From the NCBI RefSeq assembly GCF_001945605.1, contig NZ_MPKA01000010.1, positions 1 to 11,992 of the forward strand: 11,992 nucleotides of DNA, written 5' to 3'. Shown here one piece after another: positions 7,830-11,992 of this stretch. The stretch comes from Dubosiella newyorkensis (GTDB lineage: Bacteria > Bacillota_I > Bacilli_A > Erysipelotrichales > Erysipelotrichaceae). A model generated the notes under the pieces. The model did no database searches and was not told the DNA's origin. It saw only the letters and a program-made list of their open reading frames with translations. The translations under genes and the position numbers were made by a program. Within the stretch, counting starts at the first letter, position 1, and the number at the start of each line of letters is the position of its first letter.

Positions 7830-9125
7830 ATGAAGAAAAATGATGAGTATGATGTATATTGCACAGATCTGAGCGATCAAGGAGCAGGCATCTGCAAAGT
7901 GGACGAAGAGGTCGTTTTTGTCTTTGGCCTTTTACCAAATGAGAGGGCGAAGATCAAGATCATTAAAGTCTATTCGCGCTACGGGATCGGACGGCTACTC
8001 AAGCTTGAAAAAGAAAGCGGCGCGCGCCAGATCGCGCCATGCCCCGTCGCCAAGTGGTGCGGAGGCTGTCAGCTGCAGATCGTAAAATACGAAGCGCAAT
8101 GCGAATTTAAAGATCAATGGATGGCCCGTTTGTTCAAGCAAGAGCGCCTGTATCCGATCTTGAAGGCCAAAGAGCCTTTGTTTTATCGAAACAAAGCCCA
8201 ATTTCCGATCCAGCTTCATGATGGAGTGCGGAAGATGGGTTTTTATAAGCGGCATTCCAACGAGATCGTGGATACGAACGAATGCTTGATCCAAAACGAT
8301 GGGATCAATCGGATCTATAGTTTTTTGTATGAACATCTAGATGAAGCGTGCGCCCGAGGGCTTCGGCATGTTTTTATTCGTTGTTCTTTATCGAACGATC
8401 AGGTGCAAGTCGTTTGGATCGGAAGAGAAAAGACGCGAGAAATCGAAGCGCTATCGAATTCGCTTAGACAAGCGTTTCCCAATATTGTCAGTATCGTTTT
8501 CAACTATAACGAGAGAAAGGACAATGTGATCTTGGGAGAGGATTACGAGGTGCTTTATGGTTCGGATTCGATCATCGAAACATGTTTAGGAAACGAGGTC
8601 GTTCTTCATTTTAAGTCTTTTTTTCAAGTCAATCCAAAACAAATGGAAGTCTTGTATCAAAGGGCGATCGAGCTGGCTGGCATGCAAAAGGGCGATCGCT
8701 GTATCGAGCTGTATGCGGGAACGGGAACGATCGGCATGGCCGTCTCGAAATATGTCAAGGAAGTCATCGGAGTCGAGATCGTGAAAGAGGCGGTCGAGAA
8801 CGCGAACGAGAACGCCAGGCGCAACGGGATCGAGAATTGTTGTTTTGTTTGTGAAGACGCTTCCAAGTTTGTCAAAAAGTATACAGGTGATGTGGATGTT
8901 TTGTTTGTCGATCCGCCCCGCAAAGGCTTGAGCGAAGAAGGAATCGAACAGATCCATAGACTTTCTCCAAATAGGGTGGTGTATATTTCGTGCAATCCGA
9001 ATACGTTGAAGCGGGATATCGAGCGCTTTCGTGAACAAGCGTATGATTGCGTCTGTATCCAGCCTGTCGATATGTTTCCGTATACGAGCGGGATCGAATC
9101 GATCGCGCTTTTGCGCAAGAAATAG
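7830..9125 (+). CDS. 23S rRNA (uracil-C5)-methyltransferase, RumA/RlmCD (TrmA) family, with N-terminal TRAM domain
   Basis: The Fe-S cysteines are CPVAKWCGGC plus a later NECLIQ. The SAM motif is ELYAGTGTIG. DPPRKG is present, and the catalytic Cys sits in YISCNPNT. Confidence 0.85.
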   Translation: MKKNDEYDVYCTDLSDQGAGICKVDEEVVFVFGLLPNERAKIKIIKVYSRYGIGRLLKLEKESGARQIAPCPVAKWCGGCQLQIVKYEAQCEFKDQWMARLFKQERLYPILKAKEPLFYRNKAQFPIQLHDGVRKMGFYKRHSNEIVDTNECLIQNDGINRIYSFLYEHLDEACARGLRHVFIRCSLSNDQVQVVWIGREKTREIEALSNSLRQAFPNIVSIVFNYNERKDNVILGEDYEVLYGSDSIIETCLGNEVVLHFKSFFQVNPKQMEVLYQRAIELAGMQKGDRCIELYAGTGTIGMAVSKYVKEVIGVEIVKEAVENANENARRNGIENCCFVCEDASKFVKKYTGDVDVLFVDPPRKGLSEEGIEQIHRLSPNRVVYISCNPNTLKRDIERFREQAYDCVCIQPVDMFPYTSGIESIALLRKK

Positions 9126-9128
9126 ACC

Positions 9129-9162
9129 AAAAAAAGCTAGCGTTAATGAGCGCTAGCTTTTT
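9129..9162. terminator. Bidirectional rho-independent terminator between convergent genes
   Basis: aaaaagctagcg (9131-9142) pairs with cgctagcttttt (9151-9162) around an 8-nt loop. A/T runs on both sides let it serve both strands. Confidence 0.8.
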
Positions 9163-9168
9163 AGTGGA

Positions 9169-9756
9169 TCAATTATTTTTTTCTAGATCTTGTTCTGTGA
9201 CGTTTTCACCATAAATGAATCCCCAATCGATCATTTGTTGTTTCATCGCTTCAGAGCCTAGCGAGTGGCTAGAACCTTTGACGATCGTGTTGGAGTCGAG
9301 CGCGTAGATCGTGACGTCGCCATCTTCTTTATCGACAAGGGTGAGCTGACTCCGGCTTTCATTGAGGTCGACTGTTTCATCCTCTTCGAATTGAGCTTCG
9401 TCGATGATCCGTTCCATCGCGCTGGATGCGTCGGCGTCCAATTTGAATTGAATGAATTCATAGTCAGTGTCGCCTTTTTCCGCTTCATAAATGCGGGCTC
9501 CTGGATAATCATCGTCCGAATACTCTTTGTCGATACGGTATCCATCGTTTTTGAGGCTTGTCAAGATATCGTCAAAGACACTTTGACTGATGTCTTGGGT
9601 CTTTTCTTGTTTGCTTTCTTCTTTTTTGGTTTCGGTTTGAGCCGTTTCTTCTTGTTTTGTTTCTTGTTTTGGCGTTTCTGTTTTCGCGGGGGCGGAGGAT
9701 GCGCATCCTGTCAACAACAGCGCGCCGCTAAGCAATGCGATCAATTTTTTGTTCAT
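9169..9756 (-). CDS. Lipoprotein (about 195 aa) with a K/E/T/Q-rich linker and an acidic C-terminal domain
   Basis: I prefer the ATG at 9756 (MNKKLIALLSGALLLTGC, lipobox LLTGC), which has GAAGGTGA 4 nt upstream. The track's upstream extension (MLFLVETEGDD) lacks an SD. The linker is KTETPKQETKQEETAQTETKKEESKQEKTQ. The domain was not recognised. Confidence 0.75.
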   Translation of the reverse strand: MNKKLIALLSGALLLTGCASSAPAKTETPKQETKQEETAQTETKKEESKQEKTQDISQSVFDDILTSLKNDGYRIDKEYSDDDYPGARIYEAEKGDTDYEFIQFKLDADASSAMERIIDEAQFEEDETVDLNESRSQLTLVDKEDGDVTIYALDSNTIVKGSSHSLGSEAMKQQMIDWGFIYGENVTEQDLEKNN

Positions 9757-9822
9757 GTCATCACCTTCGGTTTCTACTAGAAAAAGCATAACATCAACGA
9801 GACTGAATTGTTAGCTAGACGC

Positions 9823-10500
9823 TTATAATGTCGCTTTGACTTCTTGTTTGCGATTGAGCACGAGCAAGAAGCGATACAAAGAGATCATAGAGCCCGATAA
9901 AAGAAGTGCGCCGATAATATCGGTGAACCAGTGAACTCCGCAAACAAGACGGCCAGCGATCGTAAAGGTGATCAGCGCAGCCGAAAGGACCGTGATCCAA
10001 AAACACAATTTTTGATGTTCAGGAAAGATCGTCTTGAAGGCGAGGATGCCTGTCCATAAGATCGTCACGACCATCATCGTATGGCTGGATGGGTAGCTTG
10101 CTTCTAGCGCGCCATCGAGAAGAACTGGCCGATAGTTGATGATGACTTTTTCAAATCCGACATACCAAACGACCATGAGGACATAAACGAGCGCGAGTCC
10201 ATAAATCGCGGCCGAAACTTTTTTGAAGCTTTTGTTTTTGATGAGCTGGTACAAGCCTAAGCATGCAAAGAAAAGACATTCGACCATCGCGATATAAAGC
10301 GGAATGTCGGTCGCCATATATAATAATGGCGTGACTCCAAAAAATAAACGAACTGTATTGTTGAGTTGAGAAAAGCCGATATTGCTTTGGAGCGGGCCAG
10401 TTGGCTTAACATCGACCACACAAAGACAAGCCGTAAATAAAAAGAAGACAACAAACCACAACAAGGTTTGACATAACGCTTTTTTACTTTGAATATTCAT
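9823..10500 (-). CDS. PAP2-superfamily membrane phosphatase (225 aa)
   Basis: Multiple TM helices are present. PAP2 motif 2 is PSSHT. Motif 3 is R-x5-H-x3-D, in GRLVCGVHWFTD. Motif 1 is approximated by KVIINYRP. AAGGAG lies 6 nt upstream of the ATG. Confidence 0.75.
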   Translation of the reverse strand: MNIQSKKALCQTLLWFVVFFLFTACLCVVDVKPTGPLQSNIGFSQLNNTVRLFFGVTPLLYMATDIPLYIAMVECLFFACLGLYQLIKNKSFKKVSAAIYGLALVYVLMVVWYVGFEKVIINYRPVLLDGALEASYPSSHTMMVVTILWTGILAFKTIFPEHQKLCFWITVLSAALITFTIAGRLVCGVHWFTDIIGALLLSGSMISLYRFLLVLNRKQEVKATL

Positions 10501-10524
10501 AGAAAACTCCTTTTCAATATCTCT

Positions 10525-10552
10525 ATCTTACTTGTTTTGTTCGTTCAATCAA
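10525..10552 (-). promoter_or_regulatory. Possible promoter of the PAP2-lipoprotein unit
   Basis: On the minus strand: TTGATT (10552-10547), a 16-nt spacer, then TAAGAT (10530-10525). The -35 lies inside a 7-bp inverted repeat gttcaat/attgaac (10543-10564). Confidence 0.3.
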
Positions 10553-10564
10553 ATGACATTGAAC

Positions 10565-10592
10565 AAAAAAAAGAAGCCTTTATTTAAAGGCT
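10565..10592 (-). terminator. Rho-independent terminator after tRNA-Pro
   Basis: On the minus strand the stem is AGCCTTT-aaat-AAAGGCT (10592-10575), followed by tcTTTTTTTT (plus-strand A-run at 10565-10572). Confidence 0.8.
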
Positions 10593-10602
10593 CATTTTCG
10601 GA

Positions 10603-10679
10603 TGGTCAGGATGGCGGGATTCGAACCCGCGCTCTCTTGGTCCCGAACCAAGCACTTTACCAAGCTAAGCTACATCCTG
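10603..10679 (-). tRNA. tRNA-Pro (anticodon CGG), 77 nt with encoded CCA
   Basis: Folded by hand. The acceptor is CAGGATG/CATCCTG with C1-G72 and A73, which are Pro identity features. The anticodon stem is CTTGG/CCAAG, the loop is TTCGGGA (G37), and the T-arm is GCGGG-TTCGAAT-CCCGC. Confidence 0.9.
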
Positions 10680-10690
10680 ATTGCTCGTAT

Positions 10691-10699
10691 ATTCTAACA
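10691..10699 (-). promoter_or_regulatory. Extended -10 element TGtTAGAAT upstream of tRNA-Pro
   Basis: The minus strand reads TGTTAGAAT at 10699-10691. It ends 11 nt before the tRNA 5' end. No good -35 is present. Confidence 0.4.
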
Positions 10700-10710
10700 T
10701 ATTTCAATCG

Positions 10711-10735
10711 AAAAAAAAAGACACGTTTCCGTGTC
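10711..10735 (-). terminator. Terminator-like hairpin between tRNA-Leu and tRNA-Pro
   Basis: On the minus strand: GACACG-gaaa-CGTGTC (10735-10720) followed by nine T (10719-10711). Confidence 0.65.
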
Positions 10736-10747
10736 GTTCTTTTCAAA

Positions 10748-10832
10748 TGGTGAGGCCGATGCGACTTGAACGCACACGACCGAAGTCACTACCCCCTCAA
10801 AGTAGCGTGTCTGCCGATTCCACCACGGCCTC
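10748..10832 (-). tRNA. tRNA-Leu (anticodon GAG), type II, 85 nt with encoded CCA
   Basis: Folded by hand. The acceptor is GAGGCCG/CGGCCTC with A73. The anticodon stem is CTACT/GGTAG and the loop is TTGAGGG. It has a long variable arm (TGACTTCGGTCGT). The T-arm is GTGCG-TTCAAGT-CGCAT. Confidence 0.9.
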
Positions 10833-10844
10833 ATAAAACAAAAG

Positions 10845-10958
10845 AATTGGCAACGTCCTATTCTCGCAGGCGCAAGGCCAACTACCTTCGGCGATGAAGT
10901 GCTTGACTTCTGTGTTCGGGACGGGAACAGGTATTTCCACTTCTCTATCGTCACCAAA
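10845..10958 (-). rRNA. rrf: 5S ribosomal RNA (about 114 nt; ends +/- 3 nt)
   Basis: The minus strand reads TTTGGTGACGATAGAGAAGTGGAAATACCTGTTCCCGTCCCGAACACAGAAGTCAAGCACTTCATCGCCGAAGGTAGTTGG...GAGAATAGGACGTTGCCAA. This is colinear with the Bacillus-type 5S as I recall it. Helix I pairs TTGGTGAC with GTTGCCAA. Confidence 0.9.
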
Positions 10959-10972
10959 TCTTTTGCTTACTC

Positions 10973-11030
10973 ATAATACACGAAAAGAAGCGTTGTGGCA
11001 ATTCTTTTTTTACTTTTTTTATTTTCTTGG
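10973..11030 (-). promoter_or_regulatory. Promoter with an A/T-rich UP-like element directly upstream of 5S rRNA
   Basis: On the minus strand: TTGCCA (11001-10996), an exact 17-nt spacer, then TATTAT (10978-10973). It is preceded by GAAAATAAAAAAAGTAAAAAAAGAA (11026-11002). The -10 ends 14 nt before the mature 5S 5' end. Confidence 0.55.
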
Positions 11031-11041
11031 AAAAAATACCT

Positions 11042-11102
11042 AAAAAAACCCATAGGATTGTTTCGTTGAATCATGATAAAGAAAGGACGAATCGTCTATG
11101 GG
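11042..11102 (-). terminator. Terminator-like long hairpin plus T-run upstream of the 5S promoter
   Basis: On the minus strand CCCATAG (11102-11096) pairs with CTATGGG (11055-11049). Weaker inner pairs (GATT/AATC) sit around a large loop, followed by TTTTTTT (11048-11042). The large loop makes this non-canonical. Confidence 0.35.
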
Positions 11103-11417
11103 CACTTATTATGAGATTATAAATTCCTAGTTCTATCTACTTTTATTATGTCAAATGACATAGCAGTTAATAGCATAGAACAGCTTCACTCAACCTAATA
11201 GAATCAACCAGTCAACAAACAGATCAAGTGAATAATCTGCTCTCGTGGACAACTTTACAATTCGTTTGGCAGTCGTGTTTTCTGTTCGGAATATTTTATC
11301 GAGCCAACCTGACTTAAAAGCTCAGATTTAGCTTGATCGGGGATAATCCGATCCCCTCTATCCCATTGGCATAGTGGTACTATGTCAAGTTTGAGGACAA
11401 CCTAAATTTCTGTTTTT

Positions 11418-11450
11418 TGACAAATCCGAAAAAATTTGTTCCACTTTCCA
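11418..11450. repeat. 33-nt IS-terminus-like sequence beginning TG and ending CA on either strand
   Basis: The plus strand reads TGACAAATCCGAAAAAATTTGTTCCACTTTCCA and the minus strand TGGAAAGTGGAACAAATTTTTTCGGATTTGTCA. The minus-strand reading resembles the TGAAGTGG...AACAAA termini I recall for IS911-like IS3 members (recollection only). A weak inverted partner lies at 11238-11271. Confidence 0.3.
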
Positions 11451-11466
11451 TTGACTACGGGTCCCT

Positions 11467-11549
11467 ATCCCTAAGAACCCATTTCTTGTTGCTTTTCAAA
11501 CTCCCAGCTCTTGCTGCGGCTTGAAAAGCCCCAAGCTTATCTTAGGGAT
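11467..11549. repeat. 83-nt multi-tier inverted repeat (composite hairpin) just 3' of the transposase stop
   Basis: There are four nested perfect stems. They are atccctaaga (11467-11476) / tcttagggat (11540-11549), cttg (11485-11488) / caag (11532-11535), gcttttcaa (11491-11499) / ttgaaaagc (11521-11529), and cagc (11505-11508) / gctg (11513-11516). Confidence 0.7.
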
Positions 11550-11570
11550 CCCCATTGTCAATGACGCTTC

Positions 11571-11990
11571 TCAATTTTTTTCTAAACGCATCTTTTTCAA
11601 TATCTTGTAGTTTTTCTCGTATTCCATCGGGGATTCGTATCCGCAATGGGAATGGATCCGGATCGTATTGTAGAATCCTTCTATATATTCGAATACGGCT
11701 TTCTTCGCTTCTTTCATTGTTTCGAAATGGTAGAAGTTGATCCATTCTCTCTTGATCAGTGAATGAAAGCTTTCGATGCAGGCGTTGTCCCATGGATTGC
11801 CTTTTCTCGAATACGATCTTTCCATTCCTTCTGTCTTGTTTTTGTATTCTTCGCTTGTGTACTGGACTCCTTGATCGCTGTGGATCACCAATGGCTTTTT
11901 GATTCCTCGTCTTCTTTTGGCTATTTCTATACACTCCAGAACTTTTGCGGCTTCCATATTTCGAGTCATCACCCACCCGACTATTTTTCT
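11571..11990 (-). CDS. IS3-family transposase OrfB (DDE/integrase catalytic domain), N-terminus outside the window
   Basis: The frame is open from the window edge (RKIVGWVMTRNME...) to TGA at 11573-11571. IS3-type motifs present are IVGW, HSDQGVQYTS (second Asp), GNPWDNACIESFHSLIKRE (catalytic Glu region) and YNTIRIHS. Confidence 0.88.
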   Translation of the reverse strand, partial: RKIVGWVMTRNMEAAKVLECIEIAKRRRGIKKPLVIHSDQGVQYTSEEYKNKTEGMERSYSRKGNPWDNACIESFHSLIKREWINFYHFETMKEAKKAVFEYIEGFYNTIRIHSHCGYESPMEYEKNYKILKKMRLEKN

Positions 11991-11992
11991 CG

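Larger units (their letters stand above)
11452..11992 (-). mobile_element. IS3-family insertion sequence, 3' portion; the left boundary is unresolved (candidates 11452 or 11418, both TGAC...)
   Basis: It contains the transposase OrfB plus 120-150 bp of 3' non-coding DNA. IS3 elements end 5'-TG...CA-3'. The other end lies outside the window, so the inverted repeats cannot be matched. Confidence 0.6.

Noticed and set aside
9590-9700. Low-complexity T/G-rich DNA (ttcttgttttgtttcttgtttt...) resembling a tandem repeat
   Set aside because: It is the antisense of the K/E/T/Q-rich linker of the lipoprotein gene. It is in frame, has no regular unit length and is not an independent repeat array.
706-9780. 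Numerous 60-170-aa ORFs antisense to or out of frame with the long genes (e.g. 706-1011, 1410-1922, 4231-4659, 5200-5643, 8586-9038, 9265-9780)
   Set aside because: All are nested in well-supported longer genes, lack SD sequences and give low-complexity or Arg/Ser-rich translations. The palindromic GATC/CGATCG richness of the genes probably helps keep antisense frames open.
10532-10957. ORFs of 73 aa (plus strand) and 87 aa (minus strand) across the tRNA/5S region
   Set aside because: They are read straight through tRNA-Pro, tRNA-Leu and 5S rRNA sequences. These are structural RNA genes, not coding.
10548-11161. 11-nt exact repeat TCAAATGACAT at 10548-10558 and 11151-11161
   Set aside because: About 17 such 11-mer coincidences are expected by chance in a 12-kb window, and the surrounding sequence does not extend the match.
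10959-11412. Possible decayed 3' end (domain VI) of a 23S rRNA upstream of the 5S
   Set aside because: The minus strand shows short colinear matches to conserved 23S strings as I remember them (CAGAAATTTAGG, TGTCCT, TAGTAC, GGTTGAT...TGAAG). The universally conserved sarcin-ricin loop AGUACGAGAGGACC is not intact, and the matches can be aligned in more than one way, so they may be chance. BLASTN or cmsearch with the LSU model would settle it. A recent IS disruption would have left a near-identical 23S fragment, which this is not.
11542-11976. 144-aa ORF overlapping the IS3 transposase in another frame
   Set aside because: This is a shadow frame of the OrfB gene. The product is basic and low-complexity with no transposase motifs, whereas the 11571.. 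frame carries the DDE signature.
1-11992. CRISPR arrays, retron or DGR-like repeats, toxin-antitoxin pairs, phage-defence operons
   Set aside because: No regularly spaced direct repeats, reverse-transcriptase-like ORFs, or small adjacent ORF pairs of the appropriate type were seen on either strand.

Overview
This looks like a Bacillota-type chromosomal segment: strong AGGAGG-type Shine-Dalgarno sites, a lipobox lipoprotein, and tRNAs with encoded CCA. Nearly all genes are on the minus strand.

Layout, left to right in window coordinates:
- 1-534: two small membrane-protein genes on the plus strand, the first 5' partial.
- 774-3560: a minus-strand operon of a 25-aa hydrophobic micro-ORF, an OmpR-family response regulator and a 662-aa multi-TM histidine kinase.
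- 3670-7715: a minus-strand operon of a MarR-family repressor and the two halves of an LmrCD/BmrCD-type heterodimeric ABC exporter. One ATP site is visibly degenerate. The promoter (TTGACA-17-TACAAT) and a palindromic operator are readable.
- 7830-9125: a plus-strand RumA/RlmCD-type 23S rRNA m5U methyltransferase with no SD, possibly leaderless.
- 9169-10500: an acidic lipoprotein and a PAP2-family membrane phosphatase.
- 10603-10958: a minus-strand RNA cluster of 5S rRNA, tRNA-Leu(GAG) and tRNA-Pro(CGG). No 23S lies upstream, and the 5S has its own promoter-like signal.
- 10959-11450: about 490 bp with no ORF and no call.
- 11452-11992: the 3' part of an IS3-family element (OrfB DDE domain, running off the window).

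I see no CRISPR array, retron, toxin-antitoxin pair or recognisable defence operon.

The points most worth follow-up:
- A roughly 6-8-fold GATC excess, so far seen only in coding DNA.
- The orphan, self-promoted 5S/tRNA cluster.
- The unexplained ORF-free block next to it, with IS-end-like repeats.
- An 83-nt multi-tier hairpin just past the transposase stop.
- The micro-ORF translationally coupled to the two-component system.

I could not demonstrate a clearly novel multi-gene system from sequence alone.
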